Shown here piece after piece: positions 11,901 to 21,477 of a DNA stretch of 64,000 nucleotides. The notes beneath the pieces were generated by a model. The model was not told the origin of the DNA, did no database searches, and was given only the letters and a program-made list of their open reading frames with translations. The translations under genes and the position numbers were made by a program. Origin of the DNA: an uncultured Candidatus Rokubacteria bacterium (GTDB taxonomy: Bacteria; Methylomirabilota; Methylomirabilia; Rokubacteriales; DASRDR01). The stretch spans positions 320,001 through 384,000 of the forward strand of contig CAWGVS010000006.1 in NCBI GenBank assembly GCA_963826115.1. Direction: 5' to 3'. Numbering within the stretch: the stretch's first letter is position 1; each line of letters begins with the position of its first letter.

Positions 11901-13170
11901 CCGCGAGGGACGGCCTCTCGACGAGGCGGATGAGGTGGTGCTGCGGGCGCTCGTCGGCCAGGCGGCGGTGGCGATCCAGAACGCGAGGCTCTACGAGGAG
12001 GCGCGCGCCCACGAAGTCGAGGCGCGGCGGACGCTCGACGAGCTCCGGCGCACCCAGGAGCAGCTCGTGCGCATGGAGAAGCTCCGGGCGCTGGGCGAGA
12101 TGGCCTCCGGCGTGGCCCACGACTTCAACAACGTCCTGGCGGTGATCCTCGGTCGGGTGCAGCTCCTCCAGCGGAAGCTCGAGGACCCGACGTTCCGCCG
12201 GTGGCTCGCGATCGTGGAGCAGGCCGCGCTCGACGGGGCCCAGACCGTGCGCCAGATCCAGGAGTTCACGCGCGTTCGCCGCGACCAGCCGACGCAGACC
12301 GTTGACCTGAACCAGGCGGTCCGCGACGCGGTGGAGATGACGCGCGCGCGGTGGCAGGAAGACCCCCAGTCCCGGGGCGTGGAGGTTCGCCTCGCGCTGG
12401 ACCTCGGCGCCGTCCCGCCGGTGGACGGGCAGCCCTCGGAGCTCCGCGAGGTCTTCACGAACCTGATCCTGAACGCGGCGGACGCGGTCCCGCGCGGGGG
12501 CCAGATCCAGATCGCGACGCGGGAGCGCGGCGGCCGCGTGGAGATGACCGTCACCGACACCGGGATCGGGATGTCCGACTCCGTGCGGCGGCGGATCTTC
12601 GAGCCCTTCTTCTCGACCAAGGGCCCGCGCGGCACCGGCCTCGGCCTCGCCATGGTCTACGGCATCGTCTCCCGGCACGGTGGCGAGATCCTCGTCGACA
12701 CGAAGGAGGGCGCGGGCTCCACGTTCACCATCCGGCTCCCGGTGGGGCGGCCCCCGCTGCCCGCCCCGGTGGCGCGGGTCCCGCTGTCGGGCGCGGACTC
12801 GGTGCGCGTGCTGGTCATCGACGACGAGCCGTTCGTCCGCGACACGCTCGGGGAGATCCTGCGCCAGCAGCACCATGACGTCGTCGTCGCCGACGACGGC
12901 GCCTCGGGCCTGGCGCGCTTCCGGGAGGGGGCCTTCGACCTCGTGATGACCGACCTCGCCATGCCCGGGATGTCCGGCTGGCAGGTGGCGCAGGCCGTGA
13001 AGGCGGCGCGGCCCCAGGTGCCCGTCGTCCTGGTCACCGGCTGGGGCGTCGAGGTCCAGGCCGACGAGCTCCAGACGCACGGGGTCGATCGCGTGATGAC
13101 CAAGCCCTTCCGGTACGAGGACGTCGAGGAAGTGGTCGCCAGCATCCGGGGCGCCGGCGGATCGGAATAG
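8929..13170 (+). CDS. Cytoplasmic hybrid sensor histidine kinase: 6 tandem GAF + HisKA + HATPase + REC
   Basis: Six GAF-terminal helices (A.ENARL-like), H-box GVAHDFNN, N-box NLILNAADA, DTGIGM, FEPFFSTK, GTGLGL; receiver VIDDE...TDLAMP...KP. Start GTG 8929 or 8935; the ORF-track N-terminal extension overlaps livF. Confidence 0.92.
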
Positions 13171-13183
13171 GAGACAAGAGATC

Positions 13184-14257
13184 ATGACCAGTCCCGTCAT
13201 CGTGGAAGCCATCCGCACGCTGGTGGAGCGGCGCGACCTCACGCGGCTGGAGGCGGCGGCGGCCATGGAGGCCCTCATGTCCGGGGCGGCCACCTCCGTC
13301 CAGGTCGCCGCCTTCCTGACCGCGCTCCGCATGAAGGGAGAGACCGTCGAGGAGCTGATCGGTCTCGCGGAGGTCATGCGGCTCAAGGCCGTGCGGGTGC
13401 GGACACGCGGCGACGTCGGGACCGCGCTCGCCGGCACCGACCGCGAGATGCTCATCGACACCGCGGGCACCGGCGGCGACGCGTCGGGGACCTTCAACGT
13501 CTCCACCGCCACCGCGTTCGTCGTGGCGGGCGCGGGCCTCAAGGTCGCCAAGCACGGGAACCGGTCGGTCTCGAGCCTCTGCGGCTCCGCCGACGTGGTG
13601 GAGACGCTGGGGGTGAGCCTTGACCTCACCCCGGCCAAGGTCGCTCAGTGCATCGACCAGGTCGGGATCGGGTTCCTCTACGCGCCGCTTCTCCACACCG
13701 CCATGAAGCACGTCATGCCCGCCCGGCGGGAGATGGGCATCCGCACGGTGTTCAACATCCTCGGGCCCCTGACGAACCCGGCGGGCGCCAACGCGCAGGT
13801 GATCGGCGTCTACGGCCGGTCGCTCGTCGAGCCCCTGGCGCGCGTCCTCGCCGAGCTCGGGACGATCCGGGCCTTCGTCGTCCACGGTGCCGACGGCCTC
13901 GACGAGATCTCCACGACCGGCGACAGCTGGGCGGCGGAGGTGCGCGAGGGCGTGGTCCGCACGGGGCCGGTCCGTCCCGAGGACTTCGGAGTGCCGAGGG
14001 CCACGATCGCCGACCTCCGGGGCGGAGACCGGGAGGAGAACGCGGAGATCATCCGCCGGATCCTCGGCGGCGAGCCGGGGCCGCGGCGCGACATCGTGGT
14101 CGTGAACGCCGGCGCCGCGCTCGTGGCCGGCGCCCGCGCGCGGGACTTCAAGGAGGGGGCGCAGGTCGCGGCCCACGCGATCGACAGCGGCGCGGCGCGC
14201 GGCAAGCTCGAGGCCCTGGTCCGGCTCTCGCACGAGCTCGCCGGGGAGAAGAGCTAG
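13184..14257 (+). CDS. trpD: Anthranilate phosphoribosyltransferase
   Basis: DTAGTGGD, FNVST, VAKHGNRSVSS, GSADV, RTVFNILGPLTNP, GLDE. Confidence 0.95.
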   Translation: MTSPVIVEAIRTLVERRDLTRLEAAAAMEALMSGAATSVQVAAFLTALRMKGETVEELIGLAEVMRLKAVRVRTRGDVGTALAGTDREMLIDTAGTGGDASGTFNVSTATAFVVAGAGLKVAKHGNRSVSSLCGSADVVETLGVSLDLTPAKVAQCIDQVGIGFLYAPLLHTAMKHVMPARREMGIRTVFNILGPLTNPAGANAQVIGVYGRSLVEPLARVLAELGTIRAFVVHGADGLDEISTTGDSWAAEVREGVVRTGPVRPEDFGVPRATIADLRGGDREENAEIIRRILGGEPGPRRDIVVVNAGAALVAGARARDFKEGAQVAAHAIDSGAARGKLEALVRLSHELAGEKS

Positions 14258-14264
14258 GGTCGGG

Positions 14265-14897
14265 ATGGAGACCGCGGGGCCGATCGGCGCCGCGCTCGGC
14301 CTGGCCGTCGCCTCCGGGCTCTCGCTCTACGGCGCGGTCTTCGTCTCCGGCCTCGCGATCCGGCTGGGGTGGATCCACCTGGATCCGACGTGGGCGTCGC
14401 TCTCCGTGCTTGCGGACCCCGTGGTGCTTGGCGTGTCGGGCGTCCTGCTCGCGATCGAATTCCTGGCGGACAAGATCCTGGTGGTCGACTCCCTGTGGGA
14501 CGCCGTCCACACGGTGATCCGGCCGGTGGGCGGCGCGCTCCTCGCCAGCCGCGCGCTCGGCGAGCTGTCGCCGGCCGCCGAGGTGCTCGCGCTCCTCCTG
14601 CTGGGCGGGGCGACGCTCGCGACCCACGCGGCGAAGGCGTCCACGCGGCTCGTCGTGAACGCGAGCCCCGAGCCGGTCTCCAACGTGATCATCAGCCTCG
14701 CCGAGAACGGTCTGGTGGTAGGGGCGGTCTGGATGGCCCTGGCGCACCCGCTGCTCGCGCTGGGGGTCGGCGTCGTCGCCGTCGCCGCCGCCGTGACGCT
14801 GACGGTGTGGCTTGCCCGCCGCGTCGTCGGGGCCATCGGCCGGCTGGCCGGGCGCCCGGGTGCGCGCCCGCCCCGCGACGTCGCCGGCGCGACTTGA
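14265..14897 (+). CDS. DUF4126-family membrane protein
   Basis: ASGLSLY, EFLADKI..VDSLWDAVHT.IRP, PEPVSN..IS.AEN pattern. Confidence 0.8.
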   Translation: METAGPIGAALGLAVASGLSLYGAVFVSGLAIRLGWIHLDPTWASLSVLADPVVLGVSGVLLAIEFLADKILVVDSLWDAVHTVIRPVGGALLASRALGELSPAAEVLALLLLGGATLATHAAKASTRLVVNASPEPVSNVIISLAENGLVVGAVWMALAHPLLALGVGVVAVAAAVTLTVWLARRVVGAIGRLAGRPGARPPRDVAGAT

Positions 14898-14906
14898 CGG
14901 CGCCGG

Positions 14907-17246
14907 CTAGGGACCCAGCCGTCGGACCTCGATGGCGTTGACGTACGCGAACCGTTCGGGGTTCTGGCGGGATATCTGGCTCAGCTCGAGCCGGATGGGA
15001 AGGCGGCCGCCCGGCCAGTCGACCTCGACCTCGTAGGCGCGCTCGCGCCAGACGGGCGGCGCCGCGCTCTCGAGCGCCATCGATTGGGGGGACCCGGCGC
15101 CGACCTGGATCGCGAGGGTCGGCGCGCCGGCCTGGGCCTGGGCGCCCGCGACCACCGCCACGCGGTAGCGGCCGGCGGGCACGCGGGGGCCAAGCTCGAG
15201 CACGCCATTCCGCTGGGTCGCCCAGACGAGACGCTCGCGCGCGGCAATCGCGTCCCCGCGGCTTACGACGAGCATCCCCAGGAACGTCGTGCCACCCCGC
15301 CCCGACGCGAGGACTGCCGGATAGACGCCGGAGGGCCACGTCCATGCGGCGACGCACAGGACCACCACGGCGAGCGCCGCGACGACGACGCCCGCGAGCC
15401 AGCTCCCCCGCGGAGCCCGGTGCCCGGTTCCCCGCGAGAGGCCATAGCCGGCGGCGGCGATCGCGGTGAGGATGCCGAGGGCCGCCCACGTCCACCTCGC
15501 CTCAGGCGTGATGAACGAGGGGAGGAACCGGCCGGGGTCGAGCCCCGTCCGATGGAAGAGGGCGAGCCCGGCCATGGACCGGCCAGTGGCGTTCTGGAAT
15601 CGCCAGGGGGGCCAGGCCGACAGCACGGCCGCGTACCCGGCCGTCCCCGCGTAGAGCAAGGCGACGAGGCTCCAAGCGAGCCGCCCGCGCACGTGGTCCA
15701 GCGCGACGGCGAGCAGGACGGTGAGGAGCGGGAGGCTCGCCATGAGGAAGCGTGCCGGCGGGCTGAAGCCACCGTACCAGTACGACACGCCCCTCGACAT
15801 GATGCCCACCACGGCCACGGAGCCGAGGTAGTAGCCCGAGAGCAGGAAGGGCCCGCCGGCGAGGAGGAGCAGCCGCCACCGGCGCTGGACGGCCAGGACC
15901 ACGCCGCCCACCATCGCGAGCGCGAACACAGGCGCGGCCCACAGGAGCCCGAACTCCTGGTCCAGGAGGAGGCCGAGCTGCCCCCGGTGCTCAAGGGGCG
16001 CGCGGATGGTCCAGTCGACGAGCCAGCGCAGGATCCCGAGGGCGTTCGCGCTCCCCGAGCGCCGCACGACGTGCGCGCCGAGGATGCGCGCGTCGTAGAT
16101 CGTGGCGGCCGCCAGTCCCGCGGCGAGGACGCCGGAGAGCAGCGCCACCCTCCGCCAGCTGAAGCGACGGAGCGCGCCCAGCGCGATCGGCGGCACCAGC
16201 ACGAACAGGCGCGACTTGGCCGCGACCATGCCCAGGAGGCAGGCGGCGGCCGTCGCCACGGCCGCGCGACTCACCGGCTGGCGCCAGAGGAGGTACGCGG
16301 CCGCGGTCGCCAGGCAGGCGCCCGTCATCTCGGGGAACGGGGAGGTCGCGTAGACCACGAAGGGCGCGCTGAAGGCGGCCCCGACCCAGGCGAGGAAGGC
16401 GGCGCGCCTGCTCGCCCCGCTGGCGATCGCCAGCCGGAAGGCAAGGGCAAGCGCGAGGGCGCCGAGGACGCTCATCGTGATGGCCGCGCCGCGGCGGCCC
16501 GCGATCGCGTAGCCCGGCAGCAGCACGAGAGGCTGGAATCCCTGATAGAGGCGCGCGTACACGCGGCCATCGGGCGTCGCCTCGAACCCCGGAGCCTCCG
16601 AGGTCAGCGTCCCCCAGTAGAACGGGAGGTAGTCCTGACGCTCGAAGTTGTTCCGGAGGTTCGCGTCGCCGTCGCTCAGGAGACTGTGCGCGACGAGCAG
16701 GTAGTAGGGCTCGTCACCCGTCGCCGACATGGCCGTCGTCGTGTGCGCGCCGAGAAACAGGTACGGCAGGAAGGCCCCCAGGAAGAGGCCGACGGCCGCG
16801 CGGCGCGGCGCCACCTCCTGACTCGACAGCCAGCGCCACAGGCCCGCCGCGAGGATCGCGGCCTTCGCGCCGATGAAGGCCGTGTGCCAGACCCCGACCA
16901 GGGTGCGCCACGCGCCACCGGGCCCGACCAGCAGTAGACCGGCGACGAGCGGAAGGACCAGGGCGAGGCTCGCCTGATCGGCGAGGCGGTGACGCCGCAG
17001 GGCACCGCGGGAGTCCCACCGCGCCAGGAGGTCGTAGGCGAGGGCGAACAGGACGTGCGCGGCGGGCACCCAGAGAGCGAGCAGCCGGGGCCACGCGTAC
17101 GGATCGGGCCCGTGGCCGTCGAGCCCCGGCGTGAAGACGCCGGCCGGGTAGCCGGCCCACCACCAGAGCTTCCACAGGACGACGCCCGTGGCCAGCGCGG
17201 TCGCGCCGCTGACCAGGAGCGCCGGGCCGGCGCCGCTCCTGCGCAT
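14907..17246 (-). CDS. Polytopic membrane protein, GT-C-superfamily glycosyltransferase-like, with C-terminal soluble beta-rich domain
   Basis: Many TM segments; GDEPYYLLVAHSLLSDGD in the first large loop; ..PEM, WYGGFSPPARF motifs. Confidence 0.65.
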   Translation of the reverse strand: MRRSGAGPALLVSGATALATGVVLWKLWWWAGYPAGVFTPGLDGHGPDPYAWPRLLALWVPAAHVLFALAYDLLARWDSRGALRRHRLADQASLALVLPLVAGLLLVGPGGAWRTLVGVWHTAFIGAKAAILAAGLWRWLSSQEVAPRRAAVGLFLGAFLPYLFLGAHTTTAMSATGDEPYYLLVAHSLLSDGDANLRNNFERQDYLPFYWGTLTSEAPGFEATPDGRVYARLYQGFQPLVLLPGYAIAGRRGAAITMSVLGALALALAFRLAIASGASRRAAFLAWVGAAFSAPFVVYATSPFPEMTGACLATAAAYLLWRQPVSRAAVATAAACLLGMVAAKSRLFVLVPPIALGALRRFSWRRVALLSGVLAAGLAAATIYDARILGAHVVRRSGSANALGILRWLVDWTIRAPLEHRGQLGLLLDQEFGLLWAAPVFALAMVGGVVLAVQRRWRLLLLAGGPFLLSGYYLGSVAVVGIMSRGVSYWYGGFSPPARFLMASLPLLTVLLAVALDHVRGRLAWSLVALLYAGTAGYAAVLSAWPPWRFQNATGRSMAGLALFHRTGLDPGRFLPSFITPEARWTWAALGILTAIAAAGYGLSRGTGHRAPRGSWLAGVVVAALAVVVLCVAAWTWPSGVYPAVLASGRGGTTFLGMLVVSRGDAIAARERLVWATQRNGVLELGPRVPAGRYRVAVVAGAQAQAGAPTLAIQVGAGSPQSMALESAAPPVWRERAYEVEVDWPGGRLPIRLELSQISRQNPERFAYVNAIEVRRLGP

Positions 17247-17490
17247 CACGGTGCGGGCCGGGCAGGTCGCACGTTCGAGGGCCAGGCCACCGTCACGTCT
17301 CTCCTGCTCGTGTTGGACCGTGCGTCGCCGCCGCGGTACGGCGCCCGGCGGGGAAGCGGATCGGTCCGGCGCGGCGCCGCCAGGATACCGTTCGCGTTCC
17401 CGAGCGCCAACTGCCGCGCGCCGAGCCCGGGATCCGCGTTCCCGCGCAAAAAGCTTGGGAAGCCGCCGGCCCGGTTGCTAGCGTGGGCGC

Positions 17491-17925
17491 ATGAGACAAA
17501 AAGCGTTCGTCACCGCTGCTGTAGGCCTCGCGCTGGCGCTCTCGGCGTGCTCGTCCACCAAGGGCGTCCCGCCGATCAAGAGCGAGTTCATGGACATCCC
17601 GCTTCCGGCCGGGCTCAAGTACATGCCCGAGCGGTCGGCCGTCATCGAGTCCGAGACGGTCCGGGCCGCGCGGATCATGTACTCGAGCAACTTCGAGGCG
17701 GGAAGCCTCGTGCTCTCGATCCAGGAGGGCCTCCTGGGGAACGGCTGGCGCCTGACCCGGACGACCGCCTTCCCGGAAGTGGGAGCGATCCAGATCTACG
17801 AGAAGGGCGACTCCTCGCTCCAGGTGCGGATCTGGGAAGGCGGCGCGTTCAGCGGCTCTACCTACGTCGAGCTGAGCGGGACCCGCGCGCTCCCGCGCGT
17901 CCAGAAGACGGCCGCGACCCAGTAG
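17491..17925 (+). CDS. Hypothetical lipoprotein
   Basis: Lipobox LSAC after a hydrophobic signal; GC3-biased codons. Confidence 0.75.
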   Translation: MRQKAFVTAAVGLALALSACSSTKGVPPIKSEFMDIPLPAGLKYMPERSAVIESETVRAARIMYSSNFEAGSLVLSIQEGLLGNGWRLTRTTAFPEVGAIQIYEKGDSSLQVRIWEGGAFSGSTYVELSGTRALPRVQKTAATQ

Positions 17926-17934
17926 CCCGCCCCG

Positions 17935-19404
17935 TCAGTCCGGCAGCCCCGCGTCCCGCTCGAGGCCGTCCAGGAGACGCCCGAGCGGGGTGAGGGCGGT
18001 CCGGGCCAGCGCGACCCGGTCGCGCCGGGTGGCCGCGTCGAGCTCGGCCTCCTGACGCGCCGGGGGCATCGCTTCCAGCCACGCCGCCGCCGCCCGGCGG
18101 ACGGCGGGCCCGACCATTCCGAGAACCTCGCGCACCAGGCGCTGTGCCAGTGCCCGCCGCGCGCCTGCCTCGGCGGCCCCGAGCGCGGCGCGATACGCGC
18201 GCGCGAGCTTCGGCGACAGCCGGACCGTCGCCCCGCGCGCGTTGACCAGATCGCCAGGAACCGGGCCCCACTCGACGGCAATCGCGGGCCAGACCGCCTC
18301 GATCGCTCCCGCGAGCAGCGGCGTGGCCTCGAGCGGGAGGAGCGCGCCGAGCGCGTCGCGCCACGCCTGGGCGAGCGGCGCCACGCCGGGCGGGTCGAGG
18401 CCGAGCGCGTGGCGCTCCAGCACGTCGGCGTGCGCATCGAGCGTCAGATGGTCCTCCACGACCGTCCCGAGCGCCTCGAGCGAGGCGACGTAGCGGCGCG
18501 TCCCGTCGGACCCGTCGACCGGGCGCACGACACGGTGCTCGCGCCGGTGGAGCCCCTGGATGTCGGTCCGTTGGTAGCTCCGGTCCTGCCAGACGATGCG
18601 TTCGACGCCGTCGCGGAGCTGGGCGGCGAGGCCGTCCGCGACGAGCCGCCGCTCGTGGGGCGCCGGCCGCCAGTCGACGGGGACCTCCTCCGCCGCGCCC
18701 CGGGCGAACGTGCCCTCGGCGCCGGCCAGAAACCGGGCGAGCGCGTCGGCGCCGCCCGTGACCTCGAACGACTCCGTGAGGCTCCAGAACAGCTGCTCGG
18801 TCGGATAGGGCCCGCGATAGCGCAGCGCGGATTGGCCCTGGTCCTCCGCCAGGGCGGCCAGCAGGTTGAGGAGCGCGCTCCCCGAGCCGGCGGGGAGCCG
18901 CCCGGGCTCGGCGACGGCAGGGATCCGGTCGACGGCCTGCCAGTCGAGCCCCGTGGCGAGGGTCACGGTCGTCGGCGCCTCCGCGGCGCGCGCGTGAACG
19001 ATCCGGTCCGACGGCCCCCACAGAGGATGTCGGGCGCCTCCCGGCACGAGGCCGACGGCGCTGCCATCCATCAGCCCGAGCCACGCCTCGCGGAGGTCTC
19101 CGCGCGGCCCGCGCGCGAGCGCGGCCGTCACGGCGCCGCGCGGGTCGACCTCCAGCGCGCGGAGGCCGAGTGCCGTGCTCGGATCGCTCCGGTAGAGCGC
19201 CACCGATCCGTGGGGCAGGCGCCGGCCGACGGGCCGGCCGTCCGCGACGAGCCGCGTCTGGCTCGTCCAGATCGCGCGCGTGAGACTCGCCTGGAGAGCC
19301 TGCCGCTCGCCCGGGTCCAATCGTCGCGCGAGGGGCTGATCGAAGCAGGCGGCGAGCCTCGCGGGGTCGGCCCAGGCGGTCGAGGTCGCGTGAGGGTGCG
19401 CCAT
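17935..19404 (-). CDS. Hypothetical protein with a central GNAT-like segment
   Basis: Long ORF filling the gap, convergent with the lipoprotein; GSGSALLNLLAALAEDQGQSALRY resembles GNAT motif A/B. Confidence 0.65.
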   Translation of the reverse strand: MAHPHATSTAWADPARLAACFDQPLARRLDPGERQALQASLTRAIWTSQTRLVADGRPVGRRLPHGSVALYRSDPSTALGLRALEVDPRGAVTAALARGPRGDLREAWLGLMDGSAVGLVPGGARHPLWGPSDRIVHARAAEAPTTVTLATGLDWQAVDRIPAVAEPGRLPAGSGSALLNLLAALAEDQGQSALRYRGPYPTEQLFWSLTESFEVTGGADALARFLAGAEGTFARGAAEEVPVDWRPAPHERRLVADGLAAQLRDGVERIVWQDRSYQRTDIQGLHRREHRVVRPVDGSDGTRRYVASLEALGTVVEDHLTLDAHADVLERHALGLDPPGVAPLAQAWRDALGALLPLEATPLLAGAIEAVWPAIAVEWGPVPGDLVNARGATVRLSPKLARAYRAALGAAEAGARRALAQRLVREVLGMVGPAVRRAAAAWLEAMPPARQEAELDAATRRDRVALARTALTPLGRLLDGLERDAGLPD

Positions 19405-19507
19405 GGCGTCGGCGGCGCCCACCGGCGCGGCCGGGTCACCGCCCGGCGCCGCGCGGCGATTGTACAGGCGCGCAGCGTGCCACGCGCGAGTTCAAGCCCT
19501 CCCGTCA

Positions 19508-19537
19508 TTGACTTCGTCGGTGCGGCGTGAATAAAAT
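19508..19537 (+). promoter_or_regulatory. Sigma70-type promoter for the etfBA-mutase operon
   Basis: TTGACT-N18-TAAAAT in an AT-rich patch about 60 bp upstream of etfB. Confidence 0.6.
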
Positions 19538-19597
19538 CAAGGCGTTACCGACCGGCGCTGGACCGCCCCGTACGCCTCGCTCAAAGGAGCCCGACGG

Positions 19598-20392
19598 ATG
19601 AAGCTGCTCGTCCTGGTCAAGCAGGTGCCCGATACGGCCACGCAGGTCAAGGTCGCGAGCGATCTGCGGACCATCGACCAGACGGGTATCACCTGGATCG
19701 TCTCCCCCTACGACGAGTTCGCGCTGGAGGAGGCCCTCCGGATCAAGGAGAAGCGCAACCAGGCGGGTGACGAGGTCGTGGCCGTGACCCTCGGCCCGGA
19801 GCGGGCCAAGGAAGCGCTCCGCTCATGCCTCGCGATGGGGGCCGACCGCGCCATCCACGTGAACGACCCGGCCTTCGAGGGCGCGGACACGCTGACCGCC
19901 GCCCGGGCGCTGGCCGCCGTCGTGAAGCTCGAGACCCCGCAGCTCGTCCTGGCCGGCCGCCAGGCCATCGACGACGACATGGGAGCCACCGGCGCGCAGG
20001 TGGCGGAGGTCCTCGGCTGGCCGTGCCTCTCCTGGATCATGGAGGAGACCGTTGCCGCCGACGCGCAGAGCATCCGCGTGGGGCGTCAGGTGGAGGGCGG
20101 CCTCGAGGTGTTCGACGTGCCGCTGCCGTGCGTGGTCACGGCCCAGAAGGGCATGAACGAGCCGCGCTACCCGACGCTGAAGGGGATCATGGGCGCCAAG
20201 AAGAAGGAGGTCAAGGAGTGGAAAGCCGCCGACCTCCAGGGGGGCGGGCTCGGCCCCGTGGCGCCGGCGCTGGAAATCGTGGCCCTCGAGGCCCTGCCGC
20301 CGCGCCCGCCGGGGCGCATACTCACCGGCGACCCGAAGGACATGGCGCGCGAGCTCGTCCGGACGCTCCGCGAAGACGTCAAGGCCCTCTGA
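19598..20392 (+). CDS. etfB: Electron transfer flavoprotein beta subunit
   Basis: VKQVPD, PYDEFALEEA, AMGAD, GRQAIDDD, NEPRYP. Confidence 0.95.
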   Translation: MKLLVLVKQVPDTATQVKVASDLRTIDQTGITWIVSPYDEFALEEALRIKEKRNQAGDEVVAVTLGPERAKEALRSCLAMGADRAIHVNDPAFEGADTLTAARALAAVVKLETPQLVLAGRQAIDDDMGATGAQVAEVLGWPCLSWIMEETVAADAQSIRVGRQVEGGLEVFDVPLPCVVTAQKGMNEPRYPTLKGIMGAKKKEVKEWKAADLQGGGLGPVAPALEIVALEALPPRPPGRILTGDPKDMARELVRTLREDVKAL

Positions 20393-20407
20393 GGCGCGGG
20401 AGATCCC

Positions 20408-21394
20408 ATGGCAGGCGCGTTCTGGTGTGTCGTCGAGGATGACCGGCAGGGGCAGCCGAAGAAGGTCACCGCGGAGCTGATCGGCGAGGCGCGCCGCCGC
20501 GCCGGCGAGGTCGGCGGCGACGTCGAGGCCGTGTGGCTCACCGACCGCGCCGCGCCCGAGGGTCTGGACCACCTCGCCGCCTGGGGCGCATCGCGGATCT
20601 GGCTCTGGGAGGACGCGGCGCTGGCGCCGTACCGTGGAGAGGCGTGGGTGCCCGCGATCGCGGCGCTCGCCGAGCGCGAGGCCCCGCGGGCGATCTGGGG
20701 CGCCGTGACGAGCCGTCACCGGGAGCTGATGGCGCGGCTGGCGGCGCGGCTCGGCGCGGGGATCGCGGCCGACTGCGTGGCGTTCACCGTGGCCGACGGC
20801 CACCTGGTCGCGACGCGTCCCGTCTACGCCGGGAAGCTCCTGTCCCGGGTCCGGTGGAAGACGGGCCCCTGGGTGGCGACGCTCCGCCCGAACGTCTTCA
20901 AGGCGGCGGAGGCCGAGGTCGGCCGCGCGCCGGCGGTGGCGCGCCAGAGCCTCGCGGCCGCGCCCCCGGTCATGCGCTTCGTGGAGCGGCGGGACGAGGC
21001 GCAGACGGGGCTCCCGGAGCTCACCGAGGCCGAGATCGTCGTGTCGGGCGGTCGCGGGCTCAAGGGCCCCGAGAACTTCGTGCTGCTCGAGGAGCTGGCC
21101 GGGGTCATCGGCGCGGCGGTGGGCGCCTCGCGCGCGGCCGTCGACGCCGGCTGGAAGCCGCACCGCTTCCAGATCGGACAGACCGGACGGACCATCTCCC
21201 CGAAGCTCTACATCGGCTGCGGGATCTCGGGCGCGATCCAGCACCTGGCCGGCATGCGAACCTCCAAGGTCATCTGCGCCGTCAACAAGGACCCCGACGC
21301 GCCGATCTTCAAGATCGCAGACTTCGGCCTCGTGGGGGACCTGTTCGAGGTCGTGCCCTTGCTCACGGAGGAATTCCGCAAGCTGAAGAAGTAG
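20408..21394 (+). CDS. etfA: Electron transfer flavoprotein alpha subunit
   Basis: [40 protein letters not shown]. Confidence 0.95.
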   Translation: MAGAFWCVVEDDRQGQPKKVTAELIGEARRRAGEVGGDVEAVWLTDRAAPEGLDHLAAWGASRIWLWEDAALAPYRGEAWVPAIAALAEREAPRAIWGAVTSRHRELMARLAARLGAGIAADCVAFTVADGHLVATRPVYAGKLLSRVRWKTGPWVATLRPNVFKAAEAEVGRAPAVARQSLAAAPPVMRFVERRDEAQTGLPELTEAEIVVSGGRGLKGPENFVLLEELAGVIGAAVGASRAAVDAGWKPHRFQIGQTGRTISPKLYIGCGISGAIQHLAGMRTSKVICAVNKDPDAPIFKIADFGLVGDLFEVVPLLTEEFRKLKK

Positions 21395-21415
21395 GGGATC
21401 GTGCCGCTCCCCGAG

Positions 21416-21444
21416 ACCGCGTCGCGCGCCGCGCGCGATGCGGT
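21416..21444 (+). promoter_or_regulatory. Intra-operon stem-loop after etfA
   Basis: ACCGCGTCGCGCG / CGCGCGATGCGGT 13-bp stem (one G-U), extendable by flanking GCTCCC/GGGAGC. Confidence 0.5.
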
Positions 21445-21477
21445 GGACGGGAGCCGGCGTGTGACCCCGGGGTGGCC

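Noticed and set aside
19405-19597. Cobalamin riboswitch or sigma54 promoter upstream of the mutase operon
   Set aside because: No B12-box consensus seen; the minus-strand TGGCACG-N4-GCGC lacks the TTGC -12 element
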